From the human T2T-CHM13v2.0 reference genome, Homo sapiens: a stretch of DNA of 64,000 nucleotides. Below are positions 24,880-38,895 of this stretch, piece by piece; position 1 is the stretch's first letter, and every line of letters begins with the position of its first letter. The position numbers were made by a program, and so were the translations under genes. Location: the NCBI RefSeq assembly GCF_009914755.1, contig NC_060931.1; one strand, written 5' to 3'. Under the pieces are notes generated by a model, which did no database searches, was not told the origin of the DNA, and saw nothing but the letters and a program-made list of their open reading frames with translations.

Positions 24880-25982
24880 CTTAGAGTTATCATATTTGCC
24901 CACCCATCTTCCTCTCCTCATCATTAATTCCCAAAGTCTGGTCAAGTGTTACAGTGACATACCTCTCAAATCTTTCCATTCTTCCTACCCTCCTACCACT
25001 AACATGATAAAGTCTAGACCCATGCATCTCAAACTTTAATATGAATTTGAATCACTAGATGAACTTATTAAAATGCAGAATCTGACTCATCAGGTCTGGC
25101 TATGGTCCAAGATTCTACGTTTCTAACAAGTTCCAGGGCGATTCAAATGATGCTCTTGTTCTAGGACCACATTTTGGGTTACTAAAATCTAGATTACAGC
25201 AGTAACCTCATTCATGGGCTCCCTGACTCCACCCTTGCCTATATCATTCTTGACAGTAACAACAAAGTAAGAAATTAAAATATAAGTTTGATAACATCTC
25301 TTTCTTACCCCCAGTTCCAGCTCCACCCATGCTACCATTCTTTTCAATGGACCCCTATAATTGTCAAGATGAAGTCAAAACTCCTTAGCATTGCTTATGA
25401 GGCTTTGCAAGTCTTCATTCTTGCTTGCCTCTCTAGCCCCATTTTGCTCTATTTCTTCATTCAACAAACATTTGAAGAAATGCTGCTATGACAGACCCAG
25501 AACTCAGTTCCTACTTGTCTAAGGGCCAGCCACAGCCAAGAGCTTGCAATGCCCCAGCAGATTTTTCCTGCTTCTAAAACTTTTCAGGTGCTGCTCTCTT
25601 TGTTTGGAATATGCCCATCCCTCCCCTGCTCCCCTGTCCCAACCTTTCTAATTAAAGCCTCCTTATCATTTAGGACCACACATGGGGAGGACCTCTTCTG
25701 AAGACTCCCTCTACCCCCATTTAAATGCCCCCTCTGCATGAAATCTATTCATAACTTCTATTTTGCACAGTGTCTGGACAAAGTAGGAGCTCTGAAACCA
25801 CTTGACTTAATAAATATTAATATCATTTAGGGTATTGTACTGTAATGCGCTGCGTATCTGACTATTTCCCCATAGTAAACTTCTTGAGAACAGAAACCAT
25901 TAGTTTTATCTCTATTGGTGCCAAGACAACTCCTTAATATTTATTGAACACATGAATGAATGTGTGCATACACGAATGAATT
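24880..25982 (+). mobile_element. L2 fragments, with MER5A1 inserted
   Basis: aagtcaaaactccttagcattgc; tail aatatttattgaacacatgaatgaatg. Confidence 0.65.
25020..25186 (-). mobile_element. MER5A1-like hAT MITE
   Basis: aaaatgcagaatctgactca...tttctaacaagttccag...ggaccaca; hAT-type 8-bp TSD gtctagac/atctagat. Confidence 0.8.
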
Positions 25983-26597
25983 AGAGGATGACATAACTTA
26001 TAGACATAAGCAAAGTTATATATGGATTAAAATGTTTAGCATGAGAAACTAATAAATGCCAAGGCTCAGGAATGGGCTTAATAAGAAGGAAAGATTGGAA
26101 ATAAGCTGAAAATAAGGAGAAAAGATTGGTGTTTAGGTTTCTAGGTTTTGGAGGGGGAATAAGAAAGGTTGCTATAGGTAAAATTCCTTGTTATTTAGGT
26201 TTGGTAGAAGTTAGATGCAAGCGCAACCATACGGGAACAAACACTCTTGAACAAAGCAAAGAGACCCTACAGTTGCAAATTCAGCCAAAATCAGTTTTCA
26301 CAACTACCCAGATGTTCTGCTAATGTTTAAAAAATTCTCCAGTTTTAAAGTATTCACAACCTAGTAGAGGGGATAGCCAAATATGTTATCAATTAGGGAG
26401 TGTTTCAAAGGGAAGACCAAAGAGATATAATTTGAGCATGTCTTTCATTGAGCCATAATAATAATAAACACACTCCCAGATATTTGTACTTTCCTCTCAT
26501 TCTTCACATATTATGTATTGAGTATTTCTATGGGCAGGTTCTACATTGCAGAAAAGATATTTTCTGGTGAATGCATGACATAAAAAACAAAAAGCAA

Positions 26598-26645
26598 ACA
26601 CACACATACACACACACACACCCACACACACACACCCACACACAT
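26598..26645. repeat. Imperfect (CA)n
   Basis: CA run with interruptions. Confidence 0.9.
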
Positions 26646-28454
26646 ATGACAGATCAGCCCTTGCTTTCCTGGTGGTTTAAACTGACAACAAACATGGCAG
26701 AACAGAGAGCTGTAAGTGCCACAGTAGTGTTAGGGGCACACTCCAGTGGGGCACAGATAAGGACATCTCATTAGACAGGGCTTCAGGAAATGCTTCCTGC
26801 AGTCCTTGCCACAAAACGAAATAAAACAACTGTTAACATTTAAAATGAAATGAAATCAACCAACCAACACAAATCCAAACTCACCAACCAACCAAACAAG
26901 AAATCCAAAAACTGTTTATAAAGAATCTTCAAAGTTATTAAACCAGAGATGGGATTCTTCTTCATAGTCCTTCCCTTTTTCCCTCTCTCATGTTTTTAGC
27001 CTTCTTGAATTTTTTTTCTCTCCTGCCCCCTCATCTTTGCTCTTCCCTCCTCACACCTCCTCTCCCCACTTCCAGTCTCTACCTCCCGCAAGTAACTAAT
27101 GTAAGGTGGTGGGTGTGGATGAAGTTGGGTTAAATCCCCTCCAGGGGTGGATTGTGTGAGAGGACGAACTGTGGGCTCTGATTCCCAGGAATCTGGTGGG
27201 GACAGAAATTCCGATCTGGTCCCAGCAGCCACCAAGTGCCAATCTTTTCCTTCCCAGCTTGGATTTGGGGCCTTGGTACTTGAAAGATAAGCAAGTCCAG
27301 CGTTTGATAGGAAATCACCCAGGGTGGCGAAGGTGGGCAGGTCTAGGAGGCCCCAATCCCATGAGTCGCCAGGACCCAGGCACTGAGCCACCATCTGGGC
27401 TGTCTTTGTAAGCAGATAAGAAAAGTCTGCACCTTCCTAGTTCAACCACGGAGCTTCTATTTTTAAACATTTATATATTTTTATTTTATTTTGTAAAAGT
27501 TTTATAAATTTTAGTATTTTAAGTCTTTGGTTTCTGAGATCAAGAAAAATAAGATAGATTCTGAATTTTAAAAGTAATAAAGTATTATCTAAATAAAGAC
27601 CAGATGGCTTTGTCATGTGGTTCTACTACGGTATACCCCAAGAGTAACTTGTATATGAGACCTTAGGTGGTCATCAATCATGACAGAGAGATTTTAAAGG
27701 TTCTCTATTGTCTCTGAACTCATTTACAGCAGAGTCAAAAGAAGGGTGAATTAAATGCTTTCTGTACACATATAAATATAAATAGAAACTATTGTAGAGT
27801 TTCTATCTTACAGAATGTCATACAGGGGAACATTTCATTTCTAGATTCTCTTATAACTGGTGATTGTTAGTATAAGGAATACTCTTGGGAAAGCTTTTTC
27901 TCTTTTTGTATAGAATACTCATAGAATATGGAAAAGAGTCCAATCAATAACATAAAGTTGAACTGCCAAGACAGAGTATTTAGAGTAAGAAGAGAGGAAC
28001 TGCCAAAGATATAAAGATGGGAAATCCACAGGTGGGCTCTGATGAGGAACTTGTGAATGTAAGCAGTAGGAATAGTCAGGGAGGGAGGAGAGAACCAGAA
28101 ATTGGTGCCATATAACTCAGGGAGAAGAAAGTTTTAAGGAAAATGAGCAGAGCCTCAAATTCTGTATTTTCAAAACATTAACTCATGAAATTACCTCTTA
28201 AAATTCACTGCTTGGAATTCAAGGATTGTCTACACAGGAATGACTCTCCAAGATTTAAAAAATTTTGAAGTTTGGACGTTCTTCCAAAAATTACAATTTA
28301 GAAAGATTATAGCAAAATAGAAATAAAGGAAATGGTCAGGGCAATTAGCCTGACCAGTGTGAATTTGTCTCTTGTTAATACAACATGATTGTAAGTTTTA
28401 GGCCAGTCTTTGTCAAGGTTTTATGTTGGATTGCCAAACATCCTCTCCTCAAAG

Positions 28455-28641
28455 TTTTCTTTCTTTTATTTATTTATTTTTTTGAAGACAGGGTCTTTCT
28501 ATATTCTCCAGGCTGGAGTGTAGTGGCTAGTCACAGGCATAATTATAGCACACTACAGCCTTAAACTCCTGGGCTCAAGGAATCGTCCTGCCTCAGCCTA
28601 TCAAGCAGCTGGTCTGTAGGTATGCACCATCATGTCTGGCT
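28455..28641 (-). mobile_element. FAM (fossil Alu monomer)
   Basis: Reverse complement has ctataattatgcctgtgactagccactacactcc, retaining the 7SL-derived GTGAATAGCCA segment; TSD aaagttt. Confidence 0.85.
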
Positions 28642-28840
28642 AAAGTTTCATTTTAATCTCCTCCAAATAAAGAAGCTCTTCAGAACTTTCTGAGTCTCAT
28701 GTCTATCATGTCTAGTAAGCAGGCTGGTGAGGAAAGCAGCAGCTTTCAAAGAGTGGGCAAGAAGAACCAATAGCATTTCATTTTTCCCTTTAGGTCTGTT
28801 CCCTTTTCTCCAGCTACAATTACTCTCCCTGAGACCCTGA

Positions 28841-29116
<276 letters not shown>

Positions 29117-30379
29117 TAATTGGAAATGAATTTATCCTAATGGCTTAATATCTTTGCGGGCAACATTCTTCTTGATAAAGTGCTTACCCTGAACACAATT
29201 CTGCTAGCCACATTACATTGCTCAATCACTGAGTCAACTCATCTACATATATCGATATAAGTAAATCTCTGTACACATTTAGTTTCCAATATCACTACGA
29301 AGAGAATTACTGACAGCTTTCATCACAGCATGTGCTGACCCATGTAATAGCTACTTGTGATAATGGATTATGTAAACCAAATAACTTTTAAACTTTTCAT
29401 TTGAGACTCACACATACTATAAGTCATTATTCAAAATGAACAAGGTCTATATTTTGTCTCATGGGAGCTTTGATTACCATCCATCTATTTGCATAAGTCT
29501 TTACAGATAACAAAATTATCCAGTTAGATGAAGCATTATTCCTTTAAGCGGTGTACTTCATTTTAACCATTTTCATTGTAAATTTACGAAAATAAGTTTC
29601 ACATTGTCTATATTCCTAAATTAGAGGTAATATGGTGATCATTTAGGAATACCATTATAAATACCAGTAAAGCTCTGTGTATTAACATCCCTGGGAACAT
29701 TTGCACCTATACAAACTGGCCTTAGACTGATGTGTTTTATATTATTAGATGTGATTTTTCACAGCATTTCTGTATTTTATTTTTCAGGTTGTCATCATCC
29801 CCCACTTTTCATTGTCACATGCTTGCCTGCATCAGCCCTTTGTTCTCTTTTCTATTTTGCCACCTCAACTCAATCATGAATTTAGATTACCAATCTTAAT
29901 AGGATTGTGTGTGCATTAAATGTAAATAAATATTGTGTAAACAATTGGTGTAAAAGAAATACACAAACTTTGCTGCATGGACAGTGTGGTATTGAGGCTA
30001 GTTTCTCCCAGTCCTTTTTGCTTTCCTCCTGTGCCATGCATCTTCAGCTCTGTCCTGAGTGGGAGCAGAGGGTGACTTTAAGGGTGACTAACCTCCGAAT
30101 GATTGAATAACTACTGAAGGTAGAACTTTAAGAGCCTGGTATCTGTTATCATTCAGAATGTTTCAGAGTCCCAAATGCCACTTAAGAAGCATTGATACAG
30201 AATAAGTTCCATGTATGGGAGATGGGACAGAATTAGCAAAGTACCATTAACCTTTTACAGTAGCAAAAGAAAAGTCATACCATGATTTATGTGAATTTAA
30301 ATGCAAAAGTGGCTCAGTTCTTGTGATGCTATGATTTTCTGTGATATTCAGATGCTCCTTGGAAACTGTATGTCCAAGG

Positions 30380-30440
30380 GAAAGCAAGAAAGAGAAAGAA
30401 AGAGACAGAGAGAGACAGAGCGAGAAAGGGAGAAAGAAAC
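30380..30440. repeat. GA-rich low complexity
   Basis: gaaagagaaagaaagagacagagagagacagag. Confidence 0.85.
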
Positions 30441-31099
30441 GTAACAATGCTGTCAGTAAAATCTGTAAGACATGCAAGACATGTATTCTCAACGGGAGTG
30501 AAAACTGGCTCTCTAGAGGAGATGAAAAATCTTATCATTTCAATGTAGAAAGTGCAGATATACATACAGTACATAAATAGATACACGGCATATCTGTGGT
30601 ATTAAAATTTCATAGAAAGTGGCATTAGGAAAAAATGTTTAAATAAACTCAGGGGAATGATATGAAAAAGAAGTTGAGAAACACTGTTGTAAGACATGAA
30701 ATATGAGACTAGCACCTCATAAAGAAGGATGTGGTGCTGGAAGACATGGGCAAGAGAAGCAGGACCTATAGGCATCCACATTTGCATGTTCACCAAATGG
30801 TCCTGTCTTCCTCCCCAGCTTCCTTTCACTCAGTCACCTGCACAGCACCTTTTGTGCTAGCTGAACCACCTGCATTTCCCCAAGGTGGCATTCTGCTTCT
30901 TGCTGCCGAGCCTTTTCACATGCTGGTCCTTTGACCTAGGATTATCTTCTCTCCCTTTCTCACCTGCTAATCCATTCTTAAAGATGCAACTCAAGCATCA
31001 TCTCATGCTGGAAACTTTCTAGAGGTGTGCAAAACAATAATAACAAAAAACAAGCGAAACCAAAGGAAGAAGCATAGGTTGATAACAGGCATATTGTGT

Positions 31100-31560
31100 C
31101 ATTTAAAGCTGCTGACTTTGAGCAGAGACTTGAATGAAGTGAGGAAGACAGCTATATGAATATTTATAGGATAAATGTTCCACATTAGAAAAAAATGCCC
31201 TGAAAGCAAAGCAAGTTTGTCAGGCTCATGAAGGAGCTCAGTGTAGCTGAAGCCAGCAACAGAGAAGGAAATTTACAGGAAATTAGGTTGGAGAGGTAAG
31301 GAAGTGTCATACTGTATAGGGCATTGCGGTGTTAGGAATTTTCTACCCAGTGTGGTGGAAAATTATTGGAGTATCGAGAGCAGGGTGTATCATGGGCTGA
31401 TTTGTGGATTTAGAGGCTCCTGTTGGCTGCTGTATGAAAAATTGATTGTACAGGCACAAAAATCAAAGCAGGGAGGCCAGTTAGAAGTCTAATGAAATAG
31501 TGTAGTGAAAATGATGATCACTTAGACTGGCATGCTAGCAACCAACTAGGCAAGAAATAG
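31100..31560 (-). mobile_element. L2 fragment
   Basis: tttgagcagagacttgaatgaagtgagg...aagcagggaggccagttagaag. Confidence 0.7.
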
Positions 31561-31879
31561 CCTAGAATTCTATGTGTCCCTCCATTCACTGGACACAGAA
31601 AACAACTCCCCAGATTGCAAGTTCAAATACACAACTGCTAGAAACCTTGTCCAACTACCCCGGGTTGATTAGCATCTTCCTTCTCAGGACTATGAAAACT
31701 CTTTGTATATTCTTTCATTATTGCACTTTCCTCATTCAATTGTAGTAACTTATGTACCATCTGTCTACACCATGTTACCAGCTTGTTGAGTATTTTGTAT
31801 TTAGTCATCTTGGCATCTGTAAGGCCCAAGACAGTATGAGGCGCATGGTAAAAATAGTCAACATCAACAAGTGTTTACA

Positions 31880-32085
31880 ATTTTCTGAGCATTTTATAAG
31901 TGTTGTTTCATTTGATACAACAAGGCAATGAAGCAGGTACTCTTACTATCGCATTTTCAAATGAGGAAATGGAGGCACTGGGAATTTAAGTGACTTGTCT
32001 AAGTCCATACAACTAGTAGAAAATGGTGGCAGCAGTCCTCAATCTCATCTCTCTAAAGATAGAGACTTCACTTTTAACCATTTTC
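31880..32085 (-). mobile_element. MIR SINE
   Basis: atgaggaaatggaggcactgggaatttaagtgacttgtctaagtcc. Confidence 0.8.
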
Positions 32086-33689
32086 CAATTCTGCCATAAT
32101 AAATGTTTTGTTCTTGAACCTCAGAGAGAGATCCTGATTTAGTATGAAATTAAAATTAGCTTGAGTAGAATTATCAGTAGTTATACAAAAATCTACTTCA
32201 GGCCTTAGTGACACATCCAGTGTCTCTATACCATAATTTTTCTGGTTTAAGAGACACTGGTTTGGGTTAAAATTCTCTGAGGCTGAGGCTCACAGGAGTA
32301 CACTTCTGGGGTAGTTTGGTCTCAGCAGGCCTTCATGATGCCTCAGAGTACAGCACACTGTTTATTACATTTAACTAAAGTTTGCTGTCCTTCATCCATT
32401 GCTGAAACTGCTACAGACCTACTATTAGTTTAATTTTTAAAAATCTGGCTTATTTTCCTAATCATAGTGATATCTGTACCCTTCTATTCACCCAAGTGTC
32501 CTTTGAAATGATCACTTGTGCTTTTAATAACTCACTAGATATGAACGAGGCACAAAGCACAACTCATTATTGGATACTGCCACCTCACACCATTTTTGGA
32601 ACAAGACAAGGTGTAAATGAATAAACAAGTAACCAACCAAACCCACGACTTTGGCTTCGCTGTCACAATGTGCTGACTAAACTTAGTAACTGCCGATGTG
32701 AAAACATGTTCCCAAACCAAATGCATGGGAAGAACCACCACTACCACCTGTGCTCAATCAAGAGAAGCGGGAGGATTTTCTAAGCAGGTCAATTGCCTTT
32801 CTATCTTCAGATTGACAGAACACAGTTAAAATTATTAACATAATGTGTCTCTTCATTCCTTTCTACTGTGAAAGAGATGGGTGTTTCTTGTTTTCATCCC
32901 TTTGTTCCTTTCCTTTGCTGACATTGGATGTTGGGCTTCTATAGAAAACTGGGCAAAAGAGGTGCATTGCTTTTCTCTTTTGGCTTACACTATGCTGCAA
33001 AGGCAGTCTTGTTCTCTTTACCTCTATTTTTCCCACCCACTCCTCACTTGTGATTTCAGAAAGCCTGCTGTCTTTAAATCTAATCAAGCCTTCTGGAATT
33101 ATTCCCAACCTCTGTGACAAACATTAAAATACAAATATTAGCAGGGAAACTGTAATTTTTAGGTCCTCAGAATTAGAGGGCTGGTGTTTACAGTCTTTAT
33201 CATCCTTTCAACACACTCCAAAGACATCCTTGGCTTTAAAGACAATGCTGTGTTTGCAGATCCCAGAGGTAGAAGGTAGCTGAGTTACTCTGAAAACGAA
33301 GAAAAGCACCCTCACCAGGGCCAATGTTCCACAGCTTTTTATAAGCATTGCTTTTTGAAAGTGGGATCTTGTGGGATCTCATATTTGCATCTTGTAACTT
33401 TTTTTTTCCTAACAATCAGGCTACTTTTGGCCAGAGAGACATAAAAACGAACAGAATAAAAGAAAGAACAGAGCCTAAGCTGGAAATGTACCTACTCACA
33501 GCGGGAGCCAGCAGAGCTGGTCTTGGGCATGTTGGGACATTGGTGAAAGCATAGCATTCAGCTCCACTGGCTTCTCTTTTTAAAAGGTGCCCTCCTTCAT
33601 CTTCCTCACTCCAGGGATAACTCCTTCCCATTCCCTAGGATTTCTTGTGTCCCTAACAAAACCTCTTTACAGAGTCAATAGAAAGTGTG

Positions 33690-33925
33690 ATGATGTGGTA
33701 TATTGGAAACAGTACTCAATGTACAAACAACTAATTCCTGGCCTCAATTTCATCATTTATTAGCAATTTGACTTAGGGCAAGTGGTTCAACTCTGACTCT
33801 TCTTAGTTTCCTCATCTATAAAATGGGATCCAAACTCAGTTCACTTCACAAACTTATTTTTAGGATCCAGTAAGAAAACATACAGGTGTATTCTATAAAA
33901 TCTAAACATTGTACAAATATAAGGC
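33690..33925 (+). mobile_element. MIR SINE
   Basis: gacttagggcaagtggttcaac...tagtttcctcatctataaaatggg. Confidence 0.8.
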
Positions 33926-35419
33926 ATGATTCATTTCTGTTTTATGTCTTGCACATGGTGCTTAGTGGATACTGATGATTGCTAAATGAAAGCTTGTCAT
34001 TTGACAAATGTTATCATTCTACGAATGATTTATAATTCCACAGGAGTAAATCTGACATATTTGGAAAGGGAAATATACTAAAGTCATTCTTTTTGCAGTC
34101 AGTTGAATAATCAGATTTGATCATTAATATCAATTATTAGGTAACAAGGGGCTGGTACACTTTGGGTAACTGCAAACAGTAGACCATTCTGGCCATTTTA
34201 ATTGAAATGATGCTGAAGTCACTTATGGTTCTATTACCAAATGGTTCCAACCTCTTATGGGTTCCATTCCTTACCAGAAATGCTGGAAAGTAAAACAAAA
34301 CAACAAATTATATTCTGAGATCCCCTTGAAATTGGGCAGGTGTGTAGCTTAATTTGGCAATCAGATGAACCCACAGTGAGATTTGGACATAGAAGTGAGT
34401 GCATGAGAGAATGGACATGGGCCTTGCAGCAAGTACAGTGGTGAAGACATCTAGGTATTTCAGGGTTAGCCATGGCAGAGTTTTAGCCTCCAGTTACTTG
34501 ATTTGCTTGGGTCTAAATTTTGAAATGACTAAGAAATCACTGCCTTTATTGGAGGCTACCTAGAAATGACTAGATTATATCTTCCTCAACTCTAACTGGA
34601 AATAAGAGTCAGATATTATAGCAAGCAATGAAAAAAGTAAAATTATATTTTTGCTCAACAAAGCTTGTGAGTATGAAAATCTTGTTACATCATCTGTCTT
34701 GAAGATGGCTGCAGATCAATACATGTAGATTAATGACATTTTTTAGCTGGCTGTATAATGTATCCACACTTTTTTCTTCCTACTTAGGCACCTCCATTTT
34801 TCATTGAAAACTTGGAAAGAATCATTTTTAGAAGCTGCACAAGATTTCATTGTATGTATACACCATGATTTATGGATCTACAGCTCCATTTTTACACATT
34901 TCTGTAACACATTTTGTACTATACTAAAAACGCTGTACTAAAAATACTTTTGACATTTTGAATTATTTCCTACAAAATATTCATAATTAAATTTTATGTT
35001 AATGCTTTTGATCACTTCCATATTCTATAAGACTTCAATTTTTTAAGAAAAGCTGTCTAAAGAATATTCCTTATACTAACAATCCATTTACAAAAACAAA
35101 TTAGAAATGAAGCATTCCACCTTTATAGCATTGTCTAATATTTTATATTTATATTTTACAATAGTTTATAATTCTCCAGAAAACCTTTTGTTTACCATTT
35201 GTTCAACTTTGCTGTAAATGAGTTCAGAGAGAATAGAAAATCTGTAAACTTTCTCCTTGCTAGCTGCCAGGAGCAGCTTAGGATTCTTACCCTCATGGGA
35301 CAGAGTCCATAGTTGAGGTCTTGATTCGGAGTCTGCCCCCCACCCACCAACTCTCCCTTCTGAGAGGCTACACCCCAAAATTAGTTGGTTGTGGGAATTA
35401 GACATTGAAGGATAGGAAG

Positions 35420-35545
35420 GTCTGCAGGGGAGGAAGGGAAGGAAGGAGAGGAGAATTCAGGAGAAAGAGAGAAGATGAGGGGGCAGGAGAGAAAACAGTG
35501 AAAAAGGTAAAGAGGTAGGAGAGGGGAGAAATAGGGAAGAGTTTA
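35420..35545. repeat. GA-rich polypurine tract
   Basis: Almost pure A/G sequence. Confidence 0.8.
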
Positions 35546-35596
35546 AAATAAGCTGCATCCAAATATTGTTCTCAGATTTGTTTAATTAATCCTATC

Positions 35597-36328
35597 AGAA
35601 ATGCAAATCAAAGCCACAATAAGATATTATCTCATGCCAGTTAGAATGGCGATCATTAAAAAGTCCAGAAACAACAGATGCTGGAGAGGATATGGAGAAA
35701 TAGGAACGCTTTTATACTGTTGGTGGGAGTGTAAATTAGTTCAACCATTGTGAAAGACAGTGTGGTGATTCCCCAGGGATTTAGGACCAGAAATACCATT
35801 TGACCCAGCAATCCCATTACTGGGTATATATACAAAGGATTATAAATCATTTTACTATAAAGACACATGCACACATATGTTTATTGTGGCACTGTTCACA
35901 ATAGCAAAAACTTGGAACCAACCCAAATGCCTATCAATGATAGACTGGAAAAAGAATATATGGCACATATACACCATGGAATACTATGCAACCATAAAAA
36001 GGATGAGTTCATGTCCTTTGTAGGGACATAGATGCAGCTGGAAACCATCATTTTCAGCAAACTAAAACAAGAACAGAAAACCAAACACTGCATGTTCTCA
36101 TTCATAGGTGGCAGTTGAACAATAAGAACACATGGACACAGGGAGGGTAACATCACACACCGGGGCCTGTTGGGGGATGGGGGACTAGGGGAGGGATAAC
36201 ATTAGGAGAAATACCTAATGTAGATGACGGGTTGATGGGTGCAGCAAACACCACGGCACGTGTATACCTACGTAAAGAACCTGCACGTTCTGCACATGTA
36301 TCCCAGAACTTAAGGTATAAAAAAAAAA
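35597..36328 (+). mobile_element. L1PA7-like 5'-truncated LINE-1 (ORF2 end, 3'UTR, poly-A)
   Basis: gatgacgggttgatgggtgcagcaaac...cacgttctgcacatgtatcccagaac; degenerate TSD aatcctatcag/aaacctttcag. Confidence 0.95.
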
Positions 36329-37894
36329 CCTTTCAGGGCTTTTTGTTTGATTGGTTGGTTAGTTTCATTTTTGCTTGTTGTTTTGGTTCTTTTTTAATTA
36401 GAAGAGCTGTTTTATTTCCATTTTGCTGCAAGGACTGCAATCTTTCTATCAACAGCAAACTGGAGATTTTCTTTCAGATGAAGCATTTCTGCACCTCTTC
36501 ATCTTCGTTAGTTTCCCTGCAGGCAGGTGGAACGGCCATGCAGCTCTGGTTGTGCTCATGTCATCACTGTCATGTTGATAATCCACTCACTTGGCAAGTG
36601 TCTGACTAGACGTAGCAGCATTGTGGCCTAGCAGCTTCACTAAGCCATTACACAGATGCTAACTGGCTCTTCAGGCAGAGCAGTGGTCTAGACTTGCACA
36701 CTGGGCCTTGGTTTCTCTTGTGCATGCATTGAATAATTAAGTGAATGTTCTTTGAAGTCAAGTTATAAATGGTTCAGAATTTGGGTTGTTTAAATCATGA
36801 AATATTTTGTATCACTTCAAAAATAAGAATACTGATGTTTTAATTTACAATAACATGAAATGTAAAAAATCATATAGGAATCAGTAGACAGAGGCCTTTT
36901 ATTCCTGGAGCTGCACTGGATTTGGAAGTGTGGGTCTGTGAGGGAGAGAGGGGCCAATAGAAGAAGAAAGGGTGAAGAAATTTACTACTCTACTTTGCTG
37001 CCAAAAGAACCCCAGATATTGATACTTCCTTCAAAATCAGGACATGCTGACTTAATGAAACTGATTCATAAGCCACTCTTGGGCATTTAATTCTTCATAC
37101 TATAGATATAATTCTATATGCAACGTTTTTATGTGCCAAAGGAGAAAATGCTCCTGCTTATTTTTTATGTGATATTTCCAATTAGGTCATTGTTAGAAGT
37201 GGCATGGAACTCTATTTTATTTTCTTATGGTCTGATACAACTTTAATATGTAAACAACATTGATACCATGAAGAAAGAAATGGCTGCCTTCTTTGTCAAT
37301 GAAATATTAAAAATCTTGAATTGTGTAAGAGTTAGGACATAGAAAAGATTAAATGTTCAAAACAAACTGTAGGTCTTAAAGTACCAAAAAAAAAAAAAGG
37401 GAAATATTCATGGATTTAGCTCATACAAATATGTTTCAAACTCTGAACTTATAACATTGGTGAAATATACTTTCCATTGCTGTGTATGCCTTGTAATTGA
37501 TATTTTTTCCATTATAATATAAAACATCAAATCCTACAGTAACTCCTTGAATATGCTGTTCACAATTCTGGCTTTACCACTCAGAGCTTTGAGAACATTT
37601 TTGTAAGAATTACTCTTCCTAAGAATCAGAGTGACCTAAGAGCTTGCACCATGCACTCCCAATCTGCTGCTGTTTGAATGTGTAAAAGATTAGATCGTTT
37701 CACTCCTCAAGTAATGAAATCATTATTTTCATCAATGGTCTTTTTTCATAGTAATTCTCTGCAAATATTCTGAAATGTTTGTGACTAATAATAAACTCCT
37801 TTACAAGCGGACCGCTCTGCTTTCTGTTTTTTTTTTCATAACACCATATTATGCTAAAATACTTTTCTCTTTTTTTATTTTCCCACATATTTTA

Positions 37895-38135
37895 AAATGG
37901 TGGTTCCAGGGGAGTGGAAAAAAACACTGGGCAGGACATCAAAAGATCTGCAGTCAAATCCCAGTTTTATTATTTACAAATTGTGCGACCTTAGGGAGGT
38001 CACTCCTTAACCTTTGATCCATCCTTTCTGTACTCATGCAAAACATGGATATAACTGTAACTGCTATATCAAAGAAAAAATCATGTAAGTTAGAGTACGT
38101 TGTAAATCACAGAGTGATTTTGAATCTAAAAGATT
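37895..38135 (+). mobile_element. MIR SINE
   Basis: tcaaatcccagtttt...tgtgcgaccttagggaggtcact. Confidence 0.7.
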
Positions 38136-38895
38136 ATCTGAGGGCTCTTGTTTCTCCTGTCTCTCAACTTTGAGCCTTCCTCTTTACCTTATCTTCTCTC
38201 AGAGTTTCTGTATTGATGACAAATAACTATAAAACTCCTATTGTGACCTCTGTTTCTAGCTTCAGTCACCGGTTCAACTGTCCAGACATTATAACATCCT
38301 CAAGGTCATGGAACTCTTTTCTATGTCTTCGCATGTCTCAGACCAACCAACCAGAACAAAACTAGGGAGACTGTATTTGCTCATTCATAATTTAAATAAA
38401 ACCTCAATTTAACACATCAAATCTAGCCATTTTTTTCCCAAACCTGGATTTTCTTTCTCCAAACTTTCCCCTTTTTCATAAATGTCACCAATACTCTGGA
38501 GGCACCTGGGAATCCAAGGCATTGTTGTTCCTTTGTTACCACTTTCAGTATTCAGTCTGGCATGAAGTATTTTTGATTCTTGCTTTTCTGCCCTCTTTTG
38601 TGTCCCTCTCCTTCATTCAAGTTTCCTACCAGCATCCTGGTTTATATTTTTATTACTTCCTGTAAAGACTATTACAATAGTCCCTTGGTTTACATCTCCA
38701 ACCACAAGTTCTCTTTAATCCATCTAGTACCTTGCTGCCAGATTCCTTTTCTGAAAAAAAAAAATTGTAAAACCAGGTCTGAGAGTGAACACCTAGACAA
38801 ATTCAGACTTGTCTGAGTTTGCCTGATAGTTACATAAGGAACTTCAGATCTTCAAAGGTTACCGTCACCTGAAAAGAAGGGAAATTCTCAATAGT

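Noticed and set aside
28333-28356. 8-bp inverted repeat tggtcagg/cctgacca
   Set aside because: Short enough to arise by chance; spacing does not fit an ERE.
35656-36156. ORFs antisense to L1
   Set aside because: They lie within the truncated L1PA 3' end.
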